From Eledone cirrhosa (lineage: Eukaryota), in the NCBI GenBank assembly GCA_964016885.1, contig OZ024743.1, forward strand, positions 370,636,001 to 370,700,000: 64,000 nt of DNA, read 5' to 3'. The position numbers and the translations under genes were made by a program. Positions 1-13,486 of the stretch are shown here, piece by piece. The notes beneath the pieces are model-generated. The model ran no database searches. It worked only from the letters and a program-made list of their open reading frames with translations, and was not told the origin of the DNA. How positions within the stretch are numbered: position 1 is the first letter of the stretch; each line of letters begins with the position of its first letter.

Positions 1-793
1 ACCATAACTGACATTCTAACGACTCTGCCAATTCATTTACCTTCACATTATAATACTATACTTTATAATATATTAGACTATTATTGTCCATTATATTAAA
101 ATAATACATTATTTACTAATCAAGTGAATCTTTTCCATGAAGTAAAATAGACAACTGGTTGTGAATACGAAGAACTTCCTATAACAATATAACTCAACAA
201 TAACAGAAAGATAATTGCTGACAAAATATTTCAATGATATCATCTAAAGTCTTGCTGATAGCGATCTGAGAAGGAGAATTTAATAAATTTTGCATGACAC
301 AAAATCCTTCCAGAAATGGATTGTCAATTTGCTCATGCATCACACAGATCAGATTTAGTTGAGAGGATTTCTAAACTGAAACAGCAGCTCGTACTGGATG
401 ATATTACAAAGAAGAACCACTTGGAAAACACTTGACATTTGTTTTTGTTTGATAGAGTTTCAATATTGACTTGCCACATGTAAATATTCTAGTAATAATT
501 CAAGAAGAAAATGATAGCAATGAATAAAACCACCAAAAGATATGAAAAAGAGGTATGAAAAAGTGAGATATACAAAAAGATGAGAGGTACGAAAAAGAAC
601 CAGACCACATTGTCCTTAGTGTGGGTTAACAAGGGATGCATTCAAGCCTTAGGTAAAGGGGCCTGTTCAAAAAAATATATTGCAGTCTCCATTTCATGCA
701 GAAAAAAGTGGCAATGGGCCTGTGATCTGTCCTGGGAGACATGGGATGGATAAAGAATGACTTCATACCCGGAGACCCCAAAGAGGGTCCAGA

Positions 794-2760
794 ATGGAAC
801 AAACCTTAACAATTGGAACCTGGAACATCACAACCCTTACAAGTAAGGAACAGAAACTAGTGGAAGAGTCAAGATGCTACTGGAGAGATATAGTTGTGGT
901 TTCCTCAACAAAGTTTCATGACTCTGGTACTGTAGATTTGAATGGAGGGTGGGAGCTCCACAATTCAGGTGTGACCAGAAATGACTGCACATGGAGGAGT
1001 AGGGATATTCATAAGTCTCCAGCTGTCAGATTGTGTTATGGATTAGATCCCATTAGAAGGGATGTTTTACCTCTTGAAGCTTAGGCTAAAAGATAGGTTT
1101 ATGTGTGGTACAAGTTATGCACCAAACAAGGAGTCCGATTACAGGTCCTTCCTTGATGAAGTCACTGCAGCATTAGATGTAGTTAAGACTGAGTCATATA
1201 TACTGATGGAAGACTTCAATTCACTTGTTGGCACTGATCACCTGACATGGAAGGGCATGATTGGAAAGAATGTCGACCCCTATCTAAATACCAATAGAGA
1301 GGATTTCTGCTCTAACAACGGACTCTCTATTAAGAACACCTTCTTCCAGCACAAAGACATCCATAAAAATACATGGTATAAAGGGAATCAGGGACAGTGA
1401 TAAATAATTGATTTTGTTATTGTCTCTGATCTCTTTGATTCTGTGCAGGATGTTCGTGTTAGAAGAGCTGAGCTGTCAACTGATCACTATCTAGTTATCT
1501 GTAACTTGAGACTAACTGAAGCAAAATAAGCCCGCAAAAGTGGCAGCTACAGGGTGACATTCAACATAAAGTGGGGAGCATTGGTAGATAAGGAATTCAG
1601 GACCAGGTAGGCAGATACTATTGCATCCAAATTCCGAGAACTCCCTAAGAACATTGAAGCAGAGGGGAGATTGTTCAACTCAGCATTTTCTGCTTCAGCT
1701 GTGAAATGTTGCAAGTGTGGTGCTGCATGGCAGGAAAACTCCTTAGTTCAATCAAGAGGTCAAAGATTCCATCTGAGCAAAGAAGGGGGCTTACAAAGCT
1801 TGGCTTGGAAATAAGTTCTCCTTCTTGCATTTGTGGTAAAAGCAGGCATGAAGAACTGTACCAGAGTCAGTAGAGGCCTCTAACATGGAAGGACTTTGGG
1901 GTTAAGCTGGAATCCAAATTCAGATCAGCAAATAAAATATTCTAGCAGGACATCTGCACCTGGGGTTCTCCTCTCTTCAGAGAGAATACATTGCTGATCT
2001 CCTAAACCTGATCAAAACAGCATCTTTTGATTTACACAAGGTGTACCTGCGAGTCGAAACTAATCTCTTGAAGGCTGACGTCATAAGAGCAGTTAAAGGG
2101 TTCAAATGTGGCAAGGACACTGAGGAAGATGAAATCTAGCCCGAGATGTTAAAAGCCTTAAATAGGGAAGGAATATTCTGGCTGACTCATGTGTGCCAGG
2201 TGGCATGGATCACTGATAAAGAACCTAAGCAATGGCAATCAGGAATGATAATTTGAATTTTCAAAAAGGGAGAAAAAAGTGATTGTTCCAATTACATAGG
2301 GATCTCCTTGTTAAGCCTCCACAGTAAAGTTTGTGTTAAGTGTCAGGCAAAGAAATATAGGGAGATTGTCGAGTTCAAGCTAGCTGATGAACAGTGTGGT
2401 TTTCCCACAGATGCAGCACAGCCAACCAAATATTAACAATGTGGCCGATCTTTGAGAAATCGTGGATGTATTGCCAAGTGGTATTATTTTTGTTTTGGTA
2501 GTATCGGTAGAGGGTCGGACGCCATGCTTTGCAGCAAAGAGTTACGGCCCTTGCCATTCTGAGTTCAAATCCCGCCGAGGTTAACTTTGCCTTTCATCCT
2601 TACGGGGTCGATAAAGTAAAGTACCAGTAATACTCTGGGTAATTGGTGGCCTTGTGCCAAAAAGTAGAAACAATTATTTTTGTTTTGTAGACTTCAAAAA
2701 GGCATTTGACCACGTTGCTCAAAACCTGTAGTGGAAGGTGCTGCAGTAGTATAAGATCAA
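794..2760 (+). mobile_element. Decayed RTE-clade LINE (APE endonuclease and N-terminal half of RT), interrupted by a SINE
   Basis: APE motifs GTWNITTL, YAPN, EDFNS and TDHYLV; RT motifs GISLLS, QCGF and FVDFKKAFDHV; many stops and frameshifts. Confidence 0.85.
2498..2672 (+). mobile_element. tRNA-derived SINE with 15-bp target-site duplication
   Basis: B box GAGTTCAAATCC; core GCCTTTCATCCTTACGGGGTCGATAAA; ATTATTTTTGTTTTG at both 2483-2497 and 2673-2687. Confidence 0.9.
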
Positions 2761-3059
2761 TGTTTTTAGAGGTCTATTCACACCGCCATGGTCTGTAAAA
2801 CATACATATTTTTAGTTATCTAATAGACTTTTAGAAGTAGAGTTCATATTGTGAGGACATCCACTGTTGAGCTATACTTCAGTATTTAAACTCTACCTAT
2901 AATAGCGAAACATACTCTAATTTGAGCATGTCTGCATGTTATAGTTACAACTGGATGGTTAGTACACTTTAATATATTTTTTTATTGATTTGTATTCACC
3001 ATTCTTTCCGTAGTTAATGTTCTTCACACTAGCGGTTTTAAATCCCCTAATGACTGCAT

Positions 3060-5452
3060 ACATATCTCTATGTAGAAGAACACTGGGAGTTCCTAGAAAA
3101 TAACTTACTAAAGGCAACGGACAAGATCTGTGGTTGCAGCAAGACCATAGGGAGGAGGAGAGTGACTTAGTGGTGGAACAATAAGGTAGATGAGGCAATT
3201 AAGGCTAAGAGACAGGCATGGAAAGAATGGAAGAACAGGGGAAGTAGGGTACATTACATAGAGAACAGGAGGGAAGCTAGATGACAATTATACTTAGCTA
3301 GAAGGGAAGTGGAGGATAGAAAATTCAAGCATATTTTGCAGCGTGAGGACCAGAAACAGGAGGTGTTCAGGATTGCGAGGCAGTGTGTCAGAGAAAATTG
3401 TGATGTCATTGGAGAGAAGTATGTCCAGAATGATAAAGGTGAGCTTGCCCTCACAAGTGCTGAGAAGATGCGTGGAAGAGTCATTATGAAAGATTACTAA
3501 ATGAGGAGAATGCATGGGAGGAAGAGACCCTACTCCAAGTGGACCCTATAGATGGGCCAGCAGTACAAGTCAGCAGCAGCATAATAAGAAAGGCAATTAA
3601 AGATATGAAGACTGGGAAGGCAACCGGTCCATCAGGTATAGGTGTCAAGATGCTAAATGCACGTATTGTTAATCAGGTAATACTAGAGGGTGCCATACCA
3701 AAGGATTAGTGCAGCAGCATCATTGTCAACTGCTAAAAGGGTAAAGGTGATGCACTAGATAGAGGTATAAAGCTGATGGACCAGGTCATGAAAGTAACAG
3801 AAAGAGTTATAGCACGGTTGATTAGGGACCGGGTAAAACTAGGTGAGATGCAATTTGGGTTTGTGCCAGGAAAAAGCACCACTTGTGAGGCAGTTACAGG
3901 AAAAGTACCTAGCTAAAAGTAAGCCGCTCTACCTAGCATTTGTCGATCTGGAAAAAGCCTTCAACAGAGTGCTTCATGCTATAATCTGGTGGGCTCTTAG
4001 AAAACTAGGAGTAGATGAATGGCTTGTGAAAGCTGTACAAGCCATGTATAGGGAAGCAGTCAGCAAAGTTAGGATTAGCAATGACTGGGCTCTGTTCTTA
4101 ACCCTCTCCTGTTCATCATAGTTTTGCAGGCAATAACGGAGGAGGTTAAGACCGGATGCCCATGGGAACTCCTGTATGCAGATGACCTCGCACTTATAGC
4201 TGAATCTATGGTAGAACTAGAGAACAAATTCCAAACATGGAAACAGGGACTAGAAAGAAAGGGTCTCAAAGTCAACCTGACAAAAACTAAGGTCCTCATA
4301 AGTAGATGAGAAAACAGAATCCAGATCCCCTCAGGAAAATGGTCTTGCTCAGTATGTAGGAAAGATGTGGTTGGAACTCCATCCTCTGCCTTAAATGCAA
4401 ACAATGGGTACACAAGAGATGTAGTGGGATCTCAGGAAGCATAGCTAAGAATGTAGGCTTTACATGCAGCAGCTGCACCAGGACAGCAAGCAGCAAACGG
4501 CCACAGGAAACAAGCACCACCAAACTCTGGGAGGGCTCTGTAGAAACAGTAGACAGCTTTTGCTACTTAGGTACATAGGAATTAGCAGCGGAGGTGGGTG
4601 TTTGGAAAGTACAATAGCCAGGGTAAGAACGGGATGGAAGAAGTTCTGGGATCTATTGCCACTGCTAGCTGCAAAAGGCTTTTCCCTCAAAATGAAAGGC
4701 AGACTGTATAATACATGCATACGAACAGCAATGTTACATGGTAGTGAGACCTAGGTGTTGTGTGTAGAAGACTTGTGTAGATTAGAAAGAAACGAAACTT
4801 GCATGCTCTGCTGGATGTGTAATAGTAATATATGCGAACAGCAAAGCATAAACGAATTGAGAGAGAGACTGAGCATAAGAGGAATTAAATGTTGTGTGCA
4901 GGAGAGGAGGTTGTGTTGGTATTGACATGTGATGCGTATGAAGGATGACAGTTGCATAAAAAGATGCAGAGCACTAGAAGTCGATGGAAGCTGTGGAGTG
5001 GGGAGACCCAAGAAGACCTGGGATGAGGTGATAAAAACCAACCTTACCCAATTGCACCTCTCAAAGGCGATGACACAGGACCATGACCTCTGGTGTCATG
5101 CAGTAATACAGAAGACCCGACTTCCCACGGTTACAAGCCGAAGCATATAGACAATATGCCCCATTCCCCTCCTACTGCAAAGTGATCGTGGAGATGCCAC
5201 AGCAAAAAAGCACCTAGCCTACACTGTAAAGTGGTCATGTAGGAGCCATGGAAAAAAAGCACCCCAGCATTCACTATAAATAAGGTTGGTGTTAGGAAGG
5301 GCATCCAGCTGTAGAAATCAAGCCAAAATCAGTTCCCGTATGAGCAAGACAAGGTCAGCCAACCAGGCACTGCCCACAACAGGACAACCTATGTAATCCA
5401 TGCTAGCGTGGAAGAATGGATGTAATACAGTGATGATGATGATGATGATGAT
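3060..5452 (+). mobile_element. 5'-truncated decayed RTE-clade LINE with (GAT)n tail
   Basis: LAFVDLEKAF, LLYADDL, MLHGSET and GRPKKTW; 3' UTR shared with other copies; (GAT)n tail. Confidence 0.9.
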
Positions 5453-5592
5453 CTGTACTTCTCTCTATATGCTGATTATAAAGAGCCCGGAATTTGTTCC
5501 TTGAGCTCATTAAATCATGGAGGATGATTGTGGATCTTTAACTCCACTTTGTAACTTGATATATGTATACATACACATACATACATGTACAT

Positions 5593-5643
<51 letters not shown>

Positions 5644-5644
5644 C

Positions 5645-6098
5645 ATATCTCTCCCTCTAGGCCGGGTAAAATTCCCAAGATTCATGAACGAGTTCTCTCC
5701 AGTGGTCTCTGTCCCTCATCATTGCCGCTATGTCCTGCGTCTCCAAGAGACAAGTGTCTGCCCTTAGGGCATCAACATAAGTTGAGAAGCCAGAGGGATC
5801 ACTAATGTAGGTGGGAAGCCACTAGAATTGGTTGAAGACTTCCTGTATTTGGGAGCAAAGATTGGGAATACGGAAGATGATGTGGTCGAGAGGAAGAGCA
5901 AAGCCTGGGTGGCAAGCCACAGTTTCAGATCGGTGTGGAAGTCAGACCTTCGTGAAGACCTGAACATCCGCCTCTTCATTCCTGTAGAGTCTGTGCTGCT
6001 GTACGGGTCTGAGACTTGGACATTGACCAAGAAATTCACTCAGATGGTGGATGGGTGCTACACGAGAATGCTGAGGTTGGCTCTGAACATTAATCAGT
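5645..6098 (+). mobile_element. RTE-like LINE fragment (RT thumb region)
   Basis: VEDFLYLG and VLLYGSETW in ORF 5828-6100. Confidence 0.75.
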
Positions 6099-6369
6099 AA
6101 TCAGTATACATATACATACATATATATTCATATATACATGTATACACACACAAATACATATATATACACATACATATATATACATATATATATATACATT
6201 CATATATTTTCATAGACACATGTACACATATACACACATATACATACACATACATCCACACACAACCATATACAATATGCAAATATACATATATAGACAT
6301 ATATATACTTATACATACACATACATACACATATATACACACAAATACATACATTTATATATATATATA

Positions 6370-6812
6370 AAAACCTGGGACGAGGTGATAAAAACTTACC
6401 TTGCCCACCTACACCTCTCTAAGACAATGATACTGGATCGAGACCTTTGGCGTCATGCATTCGTACAAAAGACCCGACTGCCATTGCATACAAACCTACA
6501 GTCAGTAGGCACCTCTTAATTCAATGTACACTCCACCCCTACACCCTACCCCATCCTCCCTCTCCCGTTCCGTCCACTGTGTCAATGACACAACAGTCCA
6601 CACTGTAAGGTGACCGTGTATGAAACACGGTGAAAAGGCAAACTGTAAATGTGGTTGGTGTTAGGAAGGGTATCCAGTTGTAAAAAAACCCTGCCAGAGA
6701 TGCTTCTGTGTGAGCGAGACATGGTCTCCCGACCATTCCCACAAATGGAACAAAACCATCTAACCCATGCTAGCGTGGAAGATGGACGTTAAACGATGAT
6801 GATGATGATGAT
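6370..6812 (+). mobile_element. RTE 3'-end copy with (GAT)n tail
   Basis: KTWDEVIKT...QKTRLP and GTTGGTGTTAGGAAGGG...CCATGCTAGCGTGGAA match 5015-5452. Confidence 0.85.
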
Positions 6813-6823
6813 ATATATATATA

Positions 6824-7855
6824 CTAGTTGAATGACCTGGCATTGCAAAGGGTTACTGTTGTTCTTATTCAGATTAGTAAACAATAAATATGAAGATATA
6901 TCTTTCTTCTCATAATTATTTCAAAATATCTATATTCTATAAAAAAATTTAAAAAACCATCAAAATTGTACTGTTAATAGAATTTAGAAATGAAAATTTG
7001 TCAATCTTGAAACACCTCAGGGTAAACAATATTCATTGTGCAATTTTTTTGTTGGTGTCCAAATGTATGAATTGTTGCTGCTTCCAACTCATGAGCAACC
7101 AACATAACGTTGATCGTGGGAGAAACATAGTAGAGAAGTCAAATCCAACTTACCTTCAGGGATTGACCCTGAGATTTGTTAATTGAAATAACAAAACTTA
7201 GTTTGACTGAAAACTGATGCCTCTTAAATTCAAATGGAACAGCTGTAGTACGAGAGGAGTTTTTAGAATACAGACATTTTTTTTTCAATATTGTAAACTA
7301 ATAAGTATCAACATCCCAAATAAGTATATATTAATTTCTATTTTTGTATGCAGTGTAAATTAATCAAATATAAGCAAATGCATTAACTGCTAATTTAACG
7401 GTATGAGAATATAAATATAAACGTACAGACACACATACACTCACATAAACATACACTTATAAAAAACACACACACACAGGCATACATTCATACAAACACA
7501 TATAGTTAAACCCTCGAACAGACACACATATATTCACACAAAAATACACTTATAAAAAAAAACACTGACATACATTCATACAAACACTCAGACATATACA
7601 CAGTCATATACAAAATGTGACGTCGTCGTCACCGTCGTGTTATAAAATGTCTGTTTATTATAGTTGACTATAGTTGATTATTTTAGTTAAAATGTTATAT
7701 TGTTTTAATCCAACTGAAAATAAAAATCACATGTTAATCCAGGGGTCAAATACTAGTACCTTGTAAAATTTGATTTGATATGGTCGAGTCGTTAGAGAAT
7801 GCATAAGGAAAAGACAGAGAGACAGAGAATTATATATATATATATATATATATAA
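6824..7855 (-). mobile_element. Non-autonomous Helitron remnant
   Basis: Minus strand ~7240-7080 reads PFEFKRHQFSVKLSFVISINKSQGQSLK...FSHDQRYVGCS (Pif1 helicase motifs V/VI); ends in CTAG|T at 6824 after a GC-rich subterminal segment; 5' boundary is approximate. Confidence 0.75.
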
Positions 7856-8042
7856 TTTGGTGCGTTATGGTCCACCTGGTTCCTTACCACATTTCCTTCG
7901 TTATATATATATATATGTAGGAGGTGAGTTTTATTGTAGCACAATAAAGCAATGCCGATATCGGATAAGAAGCACTCTACAGTTTGTAGGACTGGAGTAT
8001 ACATAATATAAGATCAAAAGATGGTTAAAGGAGTTCCATGTA

Positions 8043-8109
8043 TTTTATTATGCGCATTTCAAAAACAAACATCATCATGCAATAATATTTGTGTTTTCAT
8101 CAGATAAAA
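8043..8109 (-). ncRNA. Minimal type I hammerhead ribozyme (inverted copy)
   Basis: Reverse complement of 8185-8251. Confidence 0.8.
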
Positions 8110-8184
8110 CAGGAGAACATGATATGTTGATTTAAAACTGCACTATCCACAAGTGTTTTTTAGCCTTCATATCATGTTCTCCTG

Positions 8185-8251
8185 TTTTATCTGATGAAAA
8201 CACAAATATTATTGCATGATGATGTTTGTTTTTGAAATGCGCATAATAAAA
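8185..8251 (+). ncRNA. Minimal type I hammerhead ribozyme
   Basis: TTTTAT-CTGATGA-helix II-GAAA-TGCGCA-TA-ATAAAA; palindromic helix III. Confidence 0.85.
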
Positions 8252-8276
8252 TACATGGAACTCCTTTAACCATCTT

Positions 8277-8804
8277 TTGATCTTATATTATATATATATA
8301 TATGTAGGAGGTGTGTTTTATTGTAGTACAATAGATAACACTAGGTCACTCATTAATAATCTCTCTAATTGCAATTGCAATTGCCCTATTAAAAATAAAT
8401 GTCCTCTCAACAACCATTGTCTTGATAAAAACTTAATTTACGAATGTAAAGTTATAACTGACACCAATTCCTTCACCTATTTTGGCTCCACTTCCACCTC
8501 TTTTAAAGCTCGTCTTTATAACCATCATTCGTCTTTTAAATACAAACTTAAAAGAACCAACACGGCTCTCTCAGAACTCATATGGTCCTTGAAAGACAAA
8601 AACATTAAATATAGCATCTTTTGGAAGAAGGTTTCTTCTGCGTCTCCATACTTGAACAGTTCTCTATCTAAAATCTGCAATCTCTGTCTAAATGAAAAAT
8701 TTACCATTATCTCTAATCTAGATTCTATAATAAATAGACGCACTGACTTGTTTTCTATCTGCTTGCATAAATTCCATAAAACATTTCACAAAGTATACAG
8801 CTAA
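8277..8804 (+). CDS. GIY-YIG endonuclease domain of a Penelope-like element (no RT upstream)
   Basis: CNC..CPLNNHC, LIYECKV, YFGST..FKARLYNH, LSELIWSLK and CNLCLNEK; true start uncertain. Confidence 0.8.
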   Translation: MILYYIYIYVGGVFYCSTIDNTRSLINNLSNCNCNCPIKNKCPLNNHCLDKNLIYECKVITDTNSFTYFGSTSTSFKARLYNHHSSFKYKLKRTNTALSELIWSLKDKNIKYSIFWKKVSSASPYLNSSLSKICNLCLNEKFTIISNLDSIINRRTDLFSICLHKFHKTFHKVYS

Positions 8805-9819
8805 TATTCAATTCTTTATCAATTTATAATCTTTTTCTCAAAGGCACATATATATACACTTCTTTTAAAAATATACCCATCTTTCTACCTTATTTCAAAG
8901 GTTATTATACATTCTATAATACTTGTTTACTCATTACTCTTACTCTATATCACCTTGTAAAAATCCTTCGTAAACATATACATTTTTTTTACGCTAAATT
9001 ATTCATCCTCAATTCATTATCTTTTCTCCCTATCATCTAACTCATTATTCTCAATACATATTAACATTTTCTTTTTCTTCGCACATATTAAATCCTTCAA
9101 TATACAAACCTTAACTTTACATTATTTTTCTCAAATCCTTCAATATACAAATCTTAACTTTACATTATTTTTCTCTTCGTTAATTTTCAAATTTCTATAA
9201 TACTTGTTTACTCTTTCTACATCATCCATATTTATCACTTCCTTTTCTTCTCTTCTAATATCTAACCCCTAATCTGTACCTTTTCTCACTCTTGCCTAAC
9301 ATAGAATCAATTATTACATAATACAACACATTCTTACTCTATATCACCTTGTAAAAATCCTTCGTAAACATATACATTTTTTTTGACGTTAGAATATTCA
9401 TCCGCAATTCATTATTCTTTTCTCCCTATCATCTAACTCATTATTCTCAATACATATAAACTCCTTCTCTTTCTTCGCACATATTTTTCTCTTCGTTAAT
9501 TTTCAAATTCTTTTAATTTATACATTATCTTCCAACGGTTTTCAACCTCTCTATGTAAAACAATATATCTTTCTCAGTTATAAAAACTATCTCTCTCTCT
9601 CTATCACCCATCTCTCCTCCTATCTCATCCTTCCTCACTATACTCCTCTCTCTCCACCTTCACTCTCATCTCCTCCTCTTTTTTTCATCCTTTCCACCCC
9701 CCCCTCTAAATAAAATATTTTTCCCAATATCACACATCAATCTAAAACTACTTTTCATATGTTGATTTAAAACTGCACTATCCACAAGTGTTTTTTAACC
9801 TTCATATCATGTCTTCCTG

Positions 9820-9886
9820 TTTTATCTGATGAAAACACAAATATTATTGCATGATGATATTTGTTTTTGAAATGCGCATAATAAAA
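9820..9886 (+). ncRNA. Minimal type I hammerhead ribozyme (3' repeat copy)
   Basis: Same core as 8185-8251; CTGATGA at 9826. Confidence 0.85.
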
Positions 9887-9916
9887 TACATGGAACTCCT
9901 TTAACCATCTTTTGTT

Positions 9917-9980
<64 letters not shown>

Positions 9981-10189
9981 TGTGTGTGTGTGTATATGTA
10001 TATACATACACAAGTAAAAGGATTTTAGATAGAATTATACCTGAAATTAGAAGCTTGGCCCCTCTTGCACTGTGGAATAATTCTTTCACGGTGATTGATT
10101 GGTTCAAGGGCAGATGCAACCAGTAACATTGCCGTTTTATCCAATTCGACATCAATAACTACTACTCCTCCATCACTTTACCACTTCTT

Positions 10190-13047
10190 CTTAGAGCTGT
10201 CAATTTCGCTAAAACGCTCACGGTGGTTAACGATTTCAAAGTTGATGTCATCCTCAATGCCCGTAAGTCGGTGATTAATTTCGACGAGTCTATTTGGATA
10301 AAAAATCTAATAGTACCCCATTCGTCGTGAGTATGGGCGCCAGAGATTCGGCGGAGGTTACAGATCTTATCGGCTTTTTCCTTCTTTTCTCAATTAAGGA
10401 AGAATTTCCCTAATGTGGGCGGTGGTTTGTACCGCGAGGACGGTCTTTTGACCATGACAAAATGCGGTCCCTGCGCTTGTGACAGGTTTAGAAAAGAACT
10501 CACAGCCTTCTTTAAAGGCTTCAACCTCTCCATACAAGTTGAGGCCAACCTCTCGGTTGCAAACTACCTCGACGTTACCCTCAATTTGTCGAATGGCTTG
10601 CACTACCCGGATAGAAAGCCGAATGATACGCTTAATTACATCAGTAAGCATTCTAACCATCCTGCCAGCATAACCAAGAACCTGGTAAGAAACGTTTCTT
10701 TGAGACTTTCTCATCTATCTACAAGCGAGCATATTTTCACTGACCATTCCACATATTACAATGAAGCTCTTGCTCGGAGTGGATTTGTCGATAAGGTAGC
10801 ATATACCAAGTATGAGCATAAACCTAGGAAAAATAGATCCCGACGCATTATATGGTACGAAAAGCCATACAATGTGGAGGTGGCCACACCATTAGCTAAA
10901 ATCCTTCTCTCCCTTATTAAGAAGCCGCTCAGCACATAGATATAATAAATTTTTAATAGAAATACCGTTAAAATATCTTACTCAACGATTTCTAACTTTG
11001 CACATAACATCACTGTTTCTAATTTAGCTAAACTACCTAGCCGTAGTAACACGTGCAACCCTGTAGCTAGTACTAACTGTAATTGTAGGAATCAGGTTGA
11101 CTGCGCTCTATCCGGGAAATGCCTCTCCAGTAACATTGTCTACAAATGTAAGGTCGAAACACCCACGTCTAGTAGGGCCTACATAGGGTTAACCGCCAAT
11201 AGATTCAAACAGCGTCTTTACATGCACACCCATTATTTTCTTAACCATTTAAGAAGGAACATGACGGCACTTTCAGCTTATATCTGGAGTCTAAAAGACA
11301 AACACACCCAATATAGGTTACACTGGTAGATCCTAGTTAAAGTTAGATCGTATAACGGAAATAAAAGACCATGTGATCTTTGCGCCGCTGAAGCCCTGGA
11401 AATACTCTACGCCAAGGATTACATCTTAAACAAAATATATGAGGCAATTTCGGCTTGTAAACACAACTTGCATAAAACTTTCCTGTATTACGGCCCCATA
11501 TTATACCCTAACGGATAGTACGAACAATACGCGGATAATTTATGTCTTGATGTGGTAGCTAAGTATATTTTATGTTTATACCATTACTTATTTGTATTGG
11601 TAAGTATACCTTACCTGTATGTTTTGTGGAGGTACGTATACTTTCTCGTACGTATATATGGTTGTATTTGTTATAGGTGTATATATTATATATACTGGTA
11701 TGTGTGTATATGGTTATATGTATTTCGTGTTTGTGCGTGTATATTTGTATGCTTGTTTGCACGTATGTAAGGTGCGTATATGTGTACATTGGGTTTTAGT
11801 ATATGTACGTTTGGTGAACATATGTATATTTACCTGTAGGTATGCGTGTGTGCGCGTTATATACGTATTTATATGTGTATATTTATTTACGTTTATATAA
11901 TTATATGTATATACACACACGCACATATATTTTTATATGTGCATTTGGTGTAAACGTTCGTATGTGTGCGGGTACATGTGTCGCGCGGGTTTACGCGTTT
12001 ATGTGTACGTGCATGTATATGCATGCATGGCGTGTGTTTTGGCGTTTGCACGTGGATGTACGTATATAGATGTGTGTATGTTTTATTTAATTATTATTAC
12101 TTTTATGATTTTAATAACCTCTGTCATTTTTGTTCAACTAATTTATTTACATTATTCTTAACTTCGTTTTTCATAAGAATATATTCTATAAAAGGTATCT
12201 TACGGTTTATGCTTTAGATATATTCTTATGAAAAACTTTAAACATTAAGACGTTATAGTAAACAAACTTATATTTTAACAGTCACAACTGTATAACAGGT
12301 GGATTTATAAAATATATAAAATTTATAAAATTATAACTTACTATAAAATAATATAAGGTTCTCTTATAATATTAACTTTTTTTATCATCTTAACTGTTAT
12401 AGCATATAATCCTTAGAGGTATCTAAATTACAAATAAATCAATAAATTTTCCATCACGCTGTATTGCTATTATTAAGAAGAGATTTTTCTTCGGTAAAAT
12501 CTCTGAACATTCCTATATTTTAAACATATATTTTGCTATTTCTTATAAGTTTTATTGTTAATCGAAAAATTTAATAGTTAATTGTTGGTTGATGATTAAT
12601 AATAAATGTATGTAAGGTTATGTAATAATAACATATATTTTGATGGTATATATATTTTTTTTTATATGTGCATTTGGTGTAAACGTTCGTATGTGTGCGG
12701 GTACATGTGTCGCGCGGGTACATTATTTTTCCTCTGTTCTCTTTTCTTTTTGCTTTCTTCTTTTTCTTTATCTATCTCTCCCTTTCTTTTCTCCGCGTTT
12801 CTCTCTCTCTCTCTATCTTTTTACTTACTCTTAACACTATGACTTATTAAAGTAAACAAATCACTATCCCGATGGCCTCCAAAAACAACGGTCAATTTTT
12901 AAAGGGGTACGTCAATGTCTATTTATAAAACTGTTATATATTGTATTTTGTCTGATGAAGGCATACCATAATGTAACTTGGTATCCTTGAAATATATATA
13001 ATGAAATAAATATGGTTTTATAAATATAGTTTCCATTTATTAATATC

Positions 13048-13050
<3 letters not shown>
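10190..13050 (+). mobile_element. Second decayed Penelope-like element (RT C-terminal half, GIY-YIG, long 3' UTR)
   Basis: GLYREDGL, NYLDVTL and SNHP in ORF 10415-10939; CNCRNQVDC...IVYKCKV...YIGLTANRFKQR at ~11075-11230; terminal hammerhead. Confidence 0.85.
12944..13008 (+). ncRNA. Minimal type I hammerhead ribozyme
   Basis: TATTTTGT-CTGATGA-AGGCATACCA..TGGTATCCTT-GAAA-TATATA-TA-ATGAAATA. Confidence 0.8.
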
Positions 13051-13113
<63 letters not shown>

Positions 13114-13346
13114 ATTCTTTTAATTATATATTCTTTTAATAATACATAGATCTCAATTTTTAATTTTTAATTTTTAATTTATAGATCTCAATAATTTAAT
13201 CAAATTTAAACATTAGATAAAATTCTCCGGTTATTACTATTTATTTATTTATTTATCCACGCTTTATTTACTTCGCGTAATTCATCTAATATATATTTAT
13301 CTTTTCGCTTCATCATCTCATAAAATTACGTTAATACAACACTCTC

Positions 13347-13486
13347 TCACTTAGGCACCCACTGAAGAATTATAAGAGCCCACTTGTATAAGTATCTGTT
13401 GATCTTATACAAGCTTCTACATAATTTGGTATAATTTCACCCAACTTGTAGAAATCTTATAATGAAACGAGTCGTCTGGGAAGTGA
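13347..13486 (+). ncRNA. Type I hammerhead ribozyme with branched helix II
   Basis: CCCA-CTGAAGA-ATTATAAGA...TCTTATAAT-GAAA-CGAGTCG-TC-TGGG; outer pairing TCACTT/AAGTGA. Confidence 0.8.

Larger units (their letters stand above)
7915..9921 (+). mobile_element. Penelope-like element (GIY-YIG part only) with direct and inverted pseudo-LTR segments
   Basis: Direct repeats ~8122-8287 and ~9757-9921; inverted repeat 8003-8126 / 8168-8291; GIY-YIG ORF; hammerheads. Confidence 0.85.

Noticed and set aside
1-450. Possible decayed coding or transposase remnant
   Set aside because: No recognisable motif or sustained ORF
11552-12217. Cluster of short Y/I/V/C-rich ORFs (also at 5563-6519 and 13603-14547)
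   Set aside because: Translations of (TA)n, (CA)n and (TG)n microsatellites
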